Shown piece after piece: positions 20,057 to 30,123 of a stretch of DNA of 64,000 nucleotides. The position numbers and the translations under genes are program-made. A model generated the notes under the pieces. That model worked only from the letters and a program-made list of their open reading frames with translations, had not been told where the DNA came from and searched no databases. The stretch is taken from contig CAYUPO010000007.1 in NCBI GenBank assembly GCA_964446685.1, positions 233-64,232 of the forward strand, in the 5' to 3' direction. Position 1 is the stretch's first letter. Every line of letters starts with the position of its first letter. The stretch is from an uncultured Gammaproteobacteria bacterium (GTDB lineage Bacteria > Patescibacteriota > Microgenomatia > Daviesbacterales > UBA10151).

Positions 20057-21328
20057 TTATTCAGGAATTTTTTTTAAAAAGTATAGATAAATATAAAAAA
20101 TACAGGCAGAAGCAAAGACTGTTTGTAAAATACTTCGAAAATAAACTTCATCAAGATTGACACCTAACCCCTGCCATGTTCCGGGAAGGGTATATAAATA
20201 AGGCACCAGCGGCGCAAATATTTTAACAGTCAAAGAAGGATCAAACAAAAATACCATTCCGATATAACTTAATGCTAAAAACACATGAGGTAAAAAAGTC
20301 TTTCCTTTATAAGAAACATATTCAATCACTAAAAACGGTGATAGCCAAGTTAACCATTGTGGGTGAAAATGAGTAAAAGTAAAAAATCCAAGTAAAATAA
20401 CAAACCACCGCTGCCATACTTTTTCGACTGATTTTTCCTGATACCAGAAATAAAAATACAAAATCAAAAGAAGCAGCGGAAACAGCAACAAACTTTCCCC
20501 ACCAGAAACAGGAATCTGAGCATACAATGTTTTTTGAGTTAGACCAGTCATTAAAGCATAAGATTTAAATCCGTGCGAGGATAAAAAGGGAATAATTGAC
20601 ATAATATAAGGTAATACAGAAAGAAAACCTAAAACGACCCGCTCTTTGAAATTTTTAGCTATCAAAATAAATGGAATAACCAAAAACAAAGGATACAGTT
20701 TAAAAGCTGCAGCAATCCCCAAAAGCAAAGCTGCAAAATATAGTTTTTTATGTCTGATACACCAGAGTGACCAAATGGTAAAGACAGCCGGAATAATATC
20801 AAACTGTCCCATCATGTAGGTCGAAAATAAAATTACCGGATTAAACAGCCACAACAGATAAACCAGCAATTTATCTTTTTTACTTTCAAAAAAACTGGCT
20901 AAAGCAAAGACTGCTGGAACATCAAAAAAGAAGTATGGCACCTTTAATAGCAATAAATGCAAATTAAATAACCAGTTACCAAAAAAAGATGCCTGTTCAA
21001 TAACAAATCCATTCATCAGCTCCCTGCCAAATAACATAGAAAAAAGAAAATTAAACACTCCGTGAAGCAGATATATTAGTGGTGGATAAATAAACAGATC
21101 AGCCCCAAAAGTTTTAACTAAAGGGTTATCAACACTACAGCTTGCCAGAAAGTCATACAAATTAAGAATATTTCCTGAACTCACTAAGTCACCCGCAAGG
21201 TTAAACGCTCTGATATCCGGATGAAAAGTTGATGATGCCAAAAAGACACGCAGCAGCACTGCAGGTACCAGCAGCCACCATAATTTGATATTAGATATTA
21301 AATATTTGATATTGGATATTTTATTCAT
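20057..21328 (-). CDS. Polytopic membrane protein, DUF2029/GT87-like putative GT-C glycosyltransferase
   Basis: 423 aa. NPVILFSTYMMGQFDIIP and AAAFKLYPLFLVIPF motifs. Confidence 0.55.
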   Translation of the reverse strand: MNKISNIKYLISNIKLWWLLVPAVLLRVFLASSTFHPDIRAFNLAGDLVSSGNILNLYDFLASCSVDNPLVKTFGADLFIYPPLIYLLHGVFNFLFSMLFGRELMNGFVIEQASFFGNWLFNLHLLLLKVPYFFFDVPAVFALASFFESKKDKLLVYLLWLFNPVILFSTYMMGQFDIIPAVFTIWSLWCIRHKKLYFAALLLGIAAAFKLYPLFLVIPFILIAKNFKERVVLGFLSVLPYIMSIIPFLSSHGFKSYALMTGLTQKTLYAQIPVSGGESLLLFPLLLLILYFYFWYQEKSVEKVWQRWFVILLGFFTFTHFHPQWLTWLSPFLVIEYVSYKGKTFLPHVFLALSYIGMVFLFDPSLTVKIFAPLVPYLYTLPGTWQGLGVNLDEVYFRSILQTVFASACIFYIYLYFLKKIPE

Positions 21329-22406
21329 GCAATAAAGCTAAAATATTTTCGCGAAACTTCTCTTCACTAAAAAACTGCGCTCTTTCTACTGCTCCCTCAG
21401 CCAGTTTTGCTCTTTTATTATGGTCATCAATCAAAAGAGCAGTCATCTCCTTTAATTGTGCCTCAGTCTCCCAAAATAATCCACTCTTGCCTTCTTCCAC
21501 AATCTCTGTTTGTCCGCCTTTTTTAACTACCACAGGCACAGCGCCTGATGCCATAGCTTCAACTGTAGTAATTCCAAAATGTTCCATTTTAGTCGGATCA
21601 CTCTCACCAAAACCCATTGCATGCCAGTAAATATCAGACTGTCCGTATAAGAATCCCAAATCTTGAAAAGGAATATTTGGATGAAATACGATCGGATAGC
21701 CGGCTGTTTTGCTTTTTAACTCTTCCACATAAGCGACATCTCCATCCCCCATTGATCCGGCTAAATGAAACTGCCAATTTTTCACTAAACCTTCATCACA
21801 CATCTTTATAAAAGTATCTATCATTAGCTGATGTTTTTTTTCTCTCAAAAACCCAAAAAACCTTCCCACTGTCAGAATAATCTGCTTTTTCTTTAGTGGT
21901 TTTAAATGATTGGTGGAAACAGGCGGATAGATCACTTTTGAAGGCAGTGGCCAGTATTTTTTTGAATGATCTTTAGTAAACTGCGAGTTATAAACCACTT
22001 CATTCCAGCTTTTTACTTTTAAATTACCCCACATACTGTCTGTTGGATGAACTTCAAGCGGAGTCTGAATATGCAAAATATTTCTTTTACTTGAAGCAAA
22101 AAAGATACTGCCGTCAGTAACAGCAAACAGCATCTTATACCGTTTAAGAAATAGATATCTGTCCATTGCCTTACTTCCCTGACCAATCGGAGCATGAATA
22201 AAATTTACGGCTGACAAATCAACACCCAATCTTCCGGCTATCTCTTTTTTATAATCTTCCGGATTTAAATTATGCAAATGAGTCGGAAGCAGCAGATCCA
22301 CTTGATGCGACTTAGCAAAAATAGAGGCAACAGTCAGAATATATCTTTCTCCACCACCTTTAGTTTCTAAGTAAGGGCTAAATACAGCAATCTTCATGAA
22401 ATTCAT
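21321..22406 (-). CDS. Glycosyltransferase family 4
   Basis: 361 aa. EHFGITTVEAMASGAVPVVVKKGGQTEIVEEGKSG. Confidence 0.8.
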   Translation of the reverse strand: MNFMKIAVFSPYLETKGGGERYILTVASIFAKSHQVDLLLPTHLHNLNPEDYKKEIAGRLGVDLSAVNFIHAPIGQGSKAMDRYLFLKRYKMLFAVTDGSIFFASSKRNILHIQTPLEVHPTDSMWGNLKVKSWNEVVYNSQFTKDHSKKYWPLPSKVIYPPVSTNHLKPLKKKQIILTVGRFFGFLREKKHQLMIDTFIKMCDEGLVKNWQFHLAGSMGDGDVAYVEELKSKTAGYPIVFHPNIPFQDLGFLYGQSDIYWHAMGFGESDPTKMEHFGITTVEAMASGAVPVVVKKGGQTEIVEEGKSGLFWETEAQLKEMTALLIDDHNKRAKLAEGAVERAQFFSEEKFRENILALLHE

Positions 22407-22523
22407 AAAAGAATTTCTAATTTCTAATTTCTAATTACTAGACAAATCCTAATTAAATCACTACGTTTTAGTCATTATAATTTTGGGAATTATTTAGAAA
22501 TTAGAAATTAGCGTACTTAGAAA
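22407..22523. repeat. AT-rich palindromic intergenic spacer: (TTTCTAA)3 left arm and (TTAGAAA)n right arm
   Basis: aatttctaatttctaatttctaatt ... ttagaaattagaaattag..tacttagaaattag. Same family as 57495-57644 and 62011-62133. Confidence 0.6.
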
Positions 22524-23354
22524 TTAGTCTAACTTAAATCCTTTCTCAATAAATTTTTTATCCAAATCATCATATATCTGATCCAACGGTTTCTTCTGCT
22601 GCATCTCCCAAAGTCTGACATAACTGGTCAAAAGGAAAAAGCTCTGCATAAGGGAATCAATCACTCCAACACTGCCGTTAAAAAAACCTTTTCTAACAAC
22701 TCCCTGATACCATGTTTCAGTAATAAATATCCGCAAAAATCTCCATCCGCTCATTTGTGGATGATGTGCATCAAATCGCAGTTTAGCATCTATTTTGCTC
22801 CATTCCAGGTTTTTTAAAATCACCTGTTCGACATTTCGATGAGTTAAGTGAATAAAAGAAGCTTTGGTATAACCAAGCTCACCATCAAACTGAGGATACT
22901 CATGCACTTTACCAACCCATTTCTTAAAATGAGGTTTATGAATTAGTCTGATCACCCAGTCTGGATAGAAAGGACCATAGGATTTTTTTTCTCCCCAGAT
23001 CACATTTTGACGGGAAATTGCATACGCTGAGTATTTTGAATCTTCAAAAATAGAAAAAAGTTCATCTTTTAACTCAGCAGTCACTCTTTCATCAGCATCA
23101 ACATATAATAACCAGTCTCCGGCAGCTTTTTCTGCTCCTAAATTTCTCCTCACAGAAAAATCGTCATTCTCACTCTGATAAATTTTTGCCTGATATTGTT
23201 TAGCTATCTCCAATGTCTTATCACTGGAAAATTGATCGATAATCAAAATTTCATCAGCCCATTTAACAGACTCTAAACAGGTCTTTATTCGACTTTCTTC
23301 ATTTTTGGTAATAATGATGACTGACAACATAGTTAAATCATACCTTTCTTCCAA
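22524..23354 (-). CDS. Glycosyltransferase family 2 with C-terminal extension
   Basis: LSVIIITKNEESRI...LIIDQFSSDKT...LYVDADERVTAELKDEL. Paralog of 7422..8282. Confidence 0.75.
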   Translation of the reverse strand: MEERYDLTMLSVIIITKNEESRIKTCLESVKWADEILIIDQFSSDKTLEIAKQYQAKIYQSENDDFSVRRNLGAEKAAGDWLLYVDADERVTAELKDELFSIFEDSKYSAYAISRQNVIWGEKKSYGPFYPDWVIRLIHKPHFKKWVGKVHEYPQFDGELGYTKASFIHLTHRNVEQVILKNLEWSKIDAKLRFDAHHPQMSGWRFLRIFITETWYQGVVRKGFFNGSVGVIDSLMQSFFLLTSYVRLWEMQQKKPLDQIYDDLDKKFIEKGFKLD

Positions 23355-23391
23355 ACCAAACTCCAGCAGAAAATAATTCCCTAAAAAATCG

Positions 23392-25767
23392 TTAAAAACG
23401 TTTCTTAAAGACTACATAACCAAGCATTCCAAAAAACAGTGCAAGTCCAACAATTGTTAGTTTTAGACCATAATCAAAAGCAGCCGGATAGTAAAATAAC
23501 TCATATTTGTGTTCACCTTTCTCTATTTTAACTCCCTGAAGCGCTGAATTGACCTGATATATTTTTTGCTTAACCCCGTCAACTTTCAATTTCCATCCTT
23601 CATCAAAACTATTTGCCACAACTATAAATGAATCCTGATCTGATTGAGCTACAAAATCTGTCTTTTGCGGTGAAACTACCAGATTTTTAATTTCTACAGC
23701 TGACGGACTGGCTGGTAAGTCATCTGAGGTCAGTACAAGACCTTTTTTTCTTGGATCAAAAGATTTTTGATCCATTTGTTCCCCCAGCTCACGCACAGAA
23801 GTGACATTTGCCAGTGAATCCAATCTATAAACCCGACCTAAAGCATGTGGATTTTCTAAAACCGCCACAGTTTTGTATTCATATATTTTTTGATAATCAG
23901 TATCCTTTAACCGGTAATTTAACAACTCTCCCGGGATAACACCTTTTTCATCCCGTTTAACAGCAATCAGATACTTAACATTTAAAGCATCCAAAAAATT
24001 TGAAGGATAATAATTAAGTTCCATAAACCTATCAATTCCTGAGTTAAATCCGCGGTCATTTACTTTATTAAAATACCTGCCATAACTTTCCAGAGCCAAT
24101 GGATCATATCCTTCAATTGATTCCAGTCCATAGGCAGTCCAGGTATTAGGAGGAAAAGCTTCCAGATCAGTCCGGGCTATTCTAAAAGGTTGTTGCTGCT
24201 GCTGTAAAAAATCTGTTACATCTGTTTTGGGAAACAGTAAATGACTCGGAACAAAAGGGTTGTGTTTCAAAAAGTAGCGGGATAAATCAAAAAACATCAA
24301 CCCAATCAGCAGATAAATAACAACTTTGTTTTTAAATTTAGTTAATATAAATAGAGTTACTAAAAGTCCGACAGGTAAAACCAAATTTTTGATAGATACC
24401 ATCAGATTTTTAAGTAACAAAATCACTTCTGTATCATCCTTATATCCATTAGTCATAAATTTAATCGTTATAATTCCTACAATAATGCCTGTAATAACGG
24501 CTAAAATGACTCCGGCAAATCGTCCTATATAGTAGCGAAACTGTTCTTCTTTCAGTTTATGTAAACCAAACCCGCTCAGTACACCGGCAGACAAACTGGT
24601 GATAAAAAATATCCGACTAGCCGAAGAATAGGTTAAAAGAGGTAAAGGCTGCGAATAAATAAACCTGGTAGCAAAAGTTTCAATAGCCAGAAAAATAGAC
24701 AAACCAAACACAACCAACCAAAAAGCAATCAGCTTAGTTCTAAATCTTCTAAACAAAAAAGGCAAAAGCAGAGGCAGTGTTAGGCTTCCCAGAAAACTAG
24801 ATTGTTCATGATAATAAATCGTATCCCAATGATTATTAGTTGTCGGATTTCCAAAAAAATCAGCCGCAAAAAATCTGACTATTTCATATGGTTTATTCAG
24901 ACCATAATTTATAGTTTTAGAATATTCCTCAACTCCTCTGACTGAATTCTGTAAATGAGTATATGTTGGAATAAACTGAATCGAACAGATCAAAACAGCA
25001 CTCACCCAAAAAAACAAAATAAATAAAAGCTTTTTTTTGCTAAATTCTTTTTCAATAAAAAATTTAAACGCTAAATATCCAAAAAAAAGTATCGTTGAAT
25101 AAATAGTCATTTGGGCAAATCCGCTTAAATATAATGTGGCAAAAGCGAGTGTCAAAATAAATAAATGCCTCATTTTGCCATTTTGCAAAAACTGTTCAAT
25201 TGAGGCTAATATAAATGGGATCATCGCCACTGCATAAACCCCTGTCATAAACTCAACCCAAGTAGTCATCAGTCCGGAAAAACTAAAAATAATAGCCCCA
25301 CCAACTGCCGCATAATTTTCCAGTTTGTAAGTCTTTAATAAATAAAACATTCCTAAAAGTGCCATTAGAGTCTGGCCAAAAATATAAAGACTCCAACCCA
25401 GTGAAACCGGCAACAAAAGCAACAGATTAAATGGAAGTAACTGAGCCGTCTGATAAGTTGCCAAAAGCGGTGATCCGGCAAAAGACAGATGATTCCAAAG
25501 CGGCCATTCCCCTTTCAGTAATAAATCCAATCCGACATATTTCCAGACTATAAATTGGGAAAAAGCATCAGAAATTAAAGCGTTTTTCACTGGAACGCCC
25601 ACCACATATCCCCATTTATAGTCAAGCCAGGGAAAATAAGCTCCGGTTAATACATCTCCCGGAAATGGCACTTTTCCCTGCAGAAAAAAAGGGTAGTATG
25701 CAGTCATTGCCAGTAAAACTAGTATTACTACCGGGTTAAATATAGATTTTAGGATTTTCATAAACAA
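23392..25767 (-). CDS. YfhO-family GT-C membrane glycosyltransferase
   Basis: 791 aa. YfhO-like N-terminus AYYPFFLQGKVPFPGDVLTGAYFPWLDYKWG, about 14 TM segments, then a C-terminal extracytoplasmic domain with a terminal TM anchor. Confidence 0.65.
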   Translation of the reverse strand: MFMKILKSIFNPVVILVLLAMTAYYPFFLQGKVPFPGDVLTGAYFPWLDYKWGYVVGVPVKNALISDAFSQFIVWKYVGLDLLLKGEWPLWNHLSFAGSPLLATYQTAQLLPFNLLLLLPVSLGWSLYIFGQTLMALLGMFYLLKTYKLENYAAVGGAIIFSFSGLMTTWVEFMTGVYAVAMIPFILASIEQFLQNGKMRHLFILTLAFATLYLSGFAQMTIYSTILFFGYLAFKFFIEKEFSKKKLLFILFFWVSAVLICSIQFIPTYTHLQNSVRGVEEYSKTINYGLNKPYEIVRFFAADFFGNPTTNNHWDTIYYHEQSSFLGSLTLPLLLPFLFRRFRTKLIAFWLVVFGLSIFLAIETFATRFIYSQPLPLLTYSSASRIFFITSLSAGVLSGFGLHKLKEEQFRYYIGRFAGVILAVITGIIVGIITIKFMTNGYKDDTEVILLLKNLMVSIKNLVLPVGLLVTLFILTKFKNKVVIYLLIGLMFFDLSRYFLKHNPFVPSHLLFPKTDVTDFLQQQQQPFRIARTDLEAFPPNTWTAYGLESIEGYDPLALESYGRYFNKVNDRGFNSGIDRFMELNYYPSNFLDALNVKYLIAVKRDEKGVIPGELLNYRLKDTDYQKIYEYKTVAVLENPHALGRVYRLDSLANVTSVRELGEQMDQKSFDPRKKGLVLTSDDLPASPSAVEIKNLVVSPQKTDFVAQSDQDSFIVVANSFDEGWKLKVDGVKQKIYQVNSALQGVKIEKGEHKYELFYYPAAFDYGLKLTIVGLALFFGMLGYVVFKKRF

Positions 25768-25983
25768 TAATAACCAAATTTGATATATCTCAAAATACTT
25801 ATTAAAAATTAACTAATTTCATTTATTGATAATTTTTGAGTCTCAAATCATCACATGTTATACCCCGTCATTCCCCTGAAAAGGGGAATCTATACAAATA
25901 ACGTTGGAAACACATTTTCGACTTGTAGATGGTTATTAATATAGTTCCCCGCTTTCGCGGGGATGACGACTCGTTTTTTTCAG

Positions 25984-26889
25984 TCAACTGGACAGCTTGT
26001 TTTTTATCTTTTGCAAAGTCCGCTTTATTGGATTTTTAGAAAGATTGGAATATTTAAACCAATATGTCAGCTCTTCTCCCTGCTCTTTCATTACATTTAC
26101 AACCTCTTCATATCCCAGCTGCTTTTTTTCAAACTGAGAAGCTTCCCAGACTTTTAACATCATCACTAAATGAGAAAAAGCCTGCAGAAAAGACAGAGCC
26201 AGACCGTGCAATCCATCTTCAAACCCACGATGGGCAAAATAACGGCTCATAAATTCACTGACTGGTTTCTTGATGACATCTTTCCAGTCAAACTGATAAC
26301 CATCATTTCTCATCTCCCGGGCTTGGACATCAGTATATCTATTCATCCTGGCAATAAACTGACCCACCGTTGTGTAATGATGATGATTTATCGCCCATCT
26401 TTCCTCAGCAGATAGTGTTAGACCCTGACCAGTCGTTTTTGGCTTACTATGAATTTTATTACTCCAACTGACATAATCTTTTTTGAAAAATCGAATATTA
26501 TAATCTGGCCACCATCCGGCAGCTTTCATCCATTTACCAAAAATCAGGTTTTTTCTGGGAACTTCAACATGTGTTACTACCCCATTCTTTTTGATAATAT
26601 CTTTAAATCTTTCTTCCAAAGTGTCCGGAATCTCTTCATCAGCATCCACCACTAGGATCCATTCATGACTTGCCTTGGAAATGGCAAAATTTCTGGCAGG
26701 CTCGACAAAACCGGTTTTTTTATGAAAAAAGACTATCGCACCAAGTTTTTTAGCAATCAGAGCGGTATCATCTTCTGAATGCATATCACAGACTAATATT
26801 TCATCTGCCCATAAAACACTTTTTATCGCCCTTTCAATATGCGAGGCTTCATTATAGGTATTAATAACAACCGAAATTTTTCCAGTCAT
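25984..26889 (-). CDS. Glycosyltransferase family 2 with C-terminal extension
   Basis: ISVVINTYNEASHI...ILVCDMHSEDDT...LVVDADEEIPDTL. Third member of this GT2 paralog set. Confidence 0.75.
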   Translation of the reverse strand: MTGKISVVINTYNEASHIERAIKSVLWADEILVCDMHSEDDTALIAKKLGAIVFFHKKTGFVEPARNFAISKASHEWILVVDADEEIPDTLEERFKDIIKKNGVVTHVEVPRKNLIFGKWMKAAGWWPDYNIRFFKKDYVSWSNKIHSKPKTTGQGLTLSAEERWAINHHHYTTVGQFIARMNRYTDVQAREMRNDGYQFDWKDVIKKPVSEFMSRYFAHRGFEDGLHGLALSFLQAFSHLVMMLKVWEASQFEKKQLGYEEVVNVMKEQGEELTYWFKYSNLSKNPIKRTLQKIKNKLSS

Positions 26890-27042
26890 AAACTAACTAT
26901 ACACAAAGACTGGCCAATGAATCTACCACAAACTTTACGCTTGTGCTATCTTCTTCTAGCCTTACAAGTCTGACTATCGCCAGATAGTTTTCATCTCCAT
27001 GATTACACATATGAGGGTATTACATTTGAAGAATAGAAAATA

Positions 27043-28716
27043 GTGTTTAAACTTAGTAAGATACTTAAGATGAGTCACTTAACCCAGAAAAAAGCTTTGT
27101 TCATTATTGCTCTGATCATTATTTTACTAAGCGGTTTAATCCGCGTAGGACAAGTCATCAACTACAACTTCCCATTTACCACTGACCAGGCCAGGGATAT
27201 GTTGGATTTAAGAAATATCGTTGTTGGTATCAACCCAACACTTGTCGGTCCAACTACCTCTATTAATGGTGTATTTTTAGGCCCAGGGTATTATTATTTT
27301 AATGTAATTCCATTCTTCTTAGGACAAGGGGACCCTTCTTACCTTGTTTACTGGAATATTTTATTTTATCTAATTGCGGCACTGGTAATACTTATAGCGC
27401 ATTATAAAAAAGAAGTTTCTTTTGGCTTTTTCGGATCAATAATTTTTATAATGGCACCTGGTTTTTTTCAACCTACCCGTTATTTCTGGAATGCCAACTC
27501 AATGCCATATTTTTCATTATTTTATTTTATCTCATTAGCTTTTTTTCTTTTACAGCCAAGTGCTAAGAAAGCCTTTTTAGTTGGTCTTTTAGCGGGAGTC
27601 GGTATGCAGTTTGAAGCAGCATTTGGAGTATTATTTTTACCATTTGCGCTGCTCTCTACCGCTATTAAAAAAGCTGGTTGGCGCAACGCGGGTATTCAGT
27701 TATTAAGTTTTGGAATTACACTGATACCGCAAATTTTATTTGATCTAAAGAACAATTTTGCGATGTCAAAATTATTCATTGCCGAACTTTCCGGACATGG
27801 TACAGTTTTAGGAGAAAAACTGACATTTGTTGAGTCAGTAGTCAGTCATTTTAATAGTTTTATTTTATTTTCCCATGGAAACCTAGCTCTGCCTTTTAAT
27901 TTAGGATCTGTAATATTAATCGGATCACTCTTTTTCTTAGGATTAAAACTTTATCAAAAGAAATTAGACCCTGTTTTAAAAATCTATACTTTAATGAGCG
28001 CAGGGTTTTTACTTTTTGCTTTCATAGTTTATCTGATCTATCTACATGACTTAAAAGATTGGTATATTTATAGTCTTCGCTTACCCTACCTTTTCATACT
28101 AACAGCTTTTTTCTCATCTGTTTACCAGCACACACTGGATTATGATAGAACTTTTTTGAGTATTAATTTTAAGAAACTAAAACATCTACCGCAAACAACA
28201 GTAATTGTAGTGATATTAATTTCGGTTTTTTTCTCTTATCTTGACCAAAAACAGTTTATTCATACTGATGTCTCTTTTCGTTCAGATGATAAAAGTAATT
28301 TAAAAAATACAATCGAAGCTGTCGACTGGGTATACACCCATCTTGAAGGAAAAGGGTTTAAAGCCTACAACTATATTCCTTCGGTATATGACTTCCCCTA
28401 TCAATATGTTTACTGGTGGCATGGCACGAAAAAATACGGTTATCAACCTGAAACAATTAGCTACAAAGAAGGAGTACCCGAATATATTCCTCTTAATACA
28501 ACTTTTCTAACTAAAACCAAGCCGCAGGAAGACAATTTAATCGCCATGATCTATGAAGATGATGGTATGACAGACCGGATATTTGCCTGGGGCGGTGACT
28601 TTACCAAATACTGCAGGGTAACTGATATTAAATATCGTTGGGGAACAACAGCCGAGATCAGAAGGCTCTGTCAACCAGGAGAAGATTCACCCAGACTCGA
28701 ACCTGCCAGAAAATAA
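27043..28716 (+). CDS. GT-C membrane glycosyltransferase, ArnT/PMT_2-like
   Basis: 557 aa. TDQARDMLDLRNIVVG..LVGPTTSINGVFLGPGYYY motif, shared with 42169..43677. Confidence 0.6.
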   Translation: MFKLSKILKMSHLTQKKALFIIALIIILLSGLIRVGQVINYNFPFTTDQARDMLDLRNIVVGINPTLVGPTTSINGVFLGPGYYYFNVIPFFLGQGDPSYLVYWNILFYLIAALVILIAHYKKEVSFGFFGSIIFIMAPGFFQPTRYFWNANSMPYFSLFYFISLAFFLLQPSAKKAFLVGLLAGVGMQFEAAFGVLFLPFALLSTAIKKAGWRNAGIQLLSFGITLIPQILFDLKNNFAMSKLFIAELSGHGTVLGEKLTFVESVVSHFNSFILFSHGNLALPFNLGSVILIGSLFFLGLKLYQKKLDPVLKIYTLMSAGFLLFAFIVYLIYLHDLKDWYIYSLRLPYLFILTAFFSSVYQHTLDYDRTFLSINFKKLKHLPQTTVIVVILISVFFSYLDQKQFIHTDVSFRSDDKSNLKNTIEAVDWVYTHLEGKGFKAYNYIPSVYDFPYQYVYWWHGTKKYGYQPETISYKEGVPEYIPLNTTFLTKTKPQEDNLIAMIYEDDGMTDRIFAWGGDFTKYCRVTDIKYRWGTTAEIRRLCQPGEDSPRLEPARK

Positions 28717-28749
28717 AAACCCACCAGCAATATTCAAACTGACCAATAA

Positions 28750-30123
28750 TTATTTACTAATTTTTAGGTACTTCTTAATATCTGCCACAAAAGTAGAACC
28801 GGTAATTTTTAAAAATATCAAAAAAGTATAAACATTTATACCGGATAAAATTCTGGTAACAGTATGATCATTCCAGATTAACAATTGCCTTAAATAATCC
28901 CATGTCCGGGGGAACCACCAGCCATGATACAAATTCAACCAAAAAACACTACTCATGATCAGCCAGTATTTCAAATACCCCGGGTAATAAATCAAACACA
29001 TCAGGGAAAAAACAATACCGGCAAAGAAATATCTTTCCAACATATTAGTCATAAACAACCAGCTACCAAGTCCAACAATAGCAAAGGCAGTTAAAACATT
29101 TTTCTGATTAATTTTGACCGAAAATTTAAATGCCAGGAAGTTGACTACCAGATAAGATAACCATCCCCAAATATAAGCTGGAACAAGCAAAAAGGTCTCA
29201 AAATGCTCTTTTGGATGATCACCTATTAATATATGCCAGAAATTAAAGGAATTGGTTGAAACTCTAAACCCTGCCTTAAAGAAAACCTTATTTTTCAGAT
29301 CATAATATATAAAGTGAAGCAGATTATCATTTGTAAACAAAGCTACTGTAATTAACCCTCCAATGACTGCCAGTATAATCCCTCCGATATATTCCAAGTA
29401 ATGTTTTTTTAATCTGAAATAAAGCCATAAAAAAAGTGGGATAAAGATAATTGAAGTAGGTTTTAAACTAATAGAGATCATCAGTAAAAACGGCGCAATA
29501 AAGACATTCTTTCTTATAAGCGCCCAAACTGATACAAGCAAAAACAAAAAGCTTAACTGATCATATTGTCCCCATAAAGCCGAAATATAAAAACTAAAAG
29601 GAGAAAAAAGATATAACCCACTTATCAGCAGAGCTTTTTTTAAATCTTCTTTTATCAGCATCAAAAATATTACCAGACCAATCAATAAATCCCCGACAAT
29701 TGCGATGAATTTGATTGACAGGAAAAAACCCAGCTTCAGATATGATTCAGTATACTGAGCATCGGTGTACCATCTGACAAAATCAAAATACCAAAGCATA
29801 TAAGTTGGAGCCAAATGCGGAACCACATAATGAGCAATATTTCTAAACAACTCCAATGAATTTAAATAGAGCCAAAAACTGGCAGCATAAACTAAATTTA
29901 CTAACGGAGGCTGTGTCGGCCAGGCATATACCCAGGTGGAATTTGAATAAAATTGTTTGGTGCCATTATTATAAATCCACTCTCCCCAATAGGCCTGTGA
30001 CAGGATATCTATATGGTAAAAAAGAGGCGATAAAACAAGTCGTAAAATAAATGCCAGTAATAACATCAGCAGCAGATGAAAATAATTATTTTTAAGTAGT
30101 TTTAGAGAAAATAATTTAATCAT
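28750..30123 (-). CDS. Polytopic membrane protein, DUF2029/GT87-like putative GT-C glycosyltransferase
   Basis: 457 aa. SPFSFYISALWGQYDQL motif; paralog of 18744..20042. Confidence 0.55.
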   Translation of the reverse strand: MIKLFSLKLLKNNYFHLLLMLLLAFILRLVLSPLFYHIDILSQAYWGEWIYNNGTKQFYSNSTWVYAWPTQPPLVNLVYAASFWLYLNSLELFRNIAHYVVPHLAPTYMLWYFDFVRWYTDAQYTESYLKLGFFLSIKFIAIVGDLLIGLVIFLMLIKEDLKKALLISGLYLFSPFSFYISALWGQYDQLSFLFLLVSVWALIRKNVFIAPFLLMISISLKPTSIIFIPLFLWLYFRLKKHYLEYIGGIILAVIGGLITVALFTNDNLLHFIYYDLKNKVFFKAGFRVSTNSFNFWHILIGDHPKEHFETFLLVPAYIWGWLSYLVVNFLAFKFSVKINQKNVLTAFAIVGLGSWLFMTNMLERYFFAGIVFSLMCLIYYPGYLKYWLIMSSVFWLNLYHGWWFPRTWDYLRQLLIWNDHTVTRILSGINVYTFLIFLKITGSTFVADIKKYLKISK

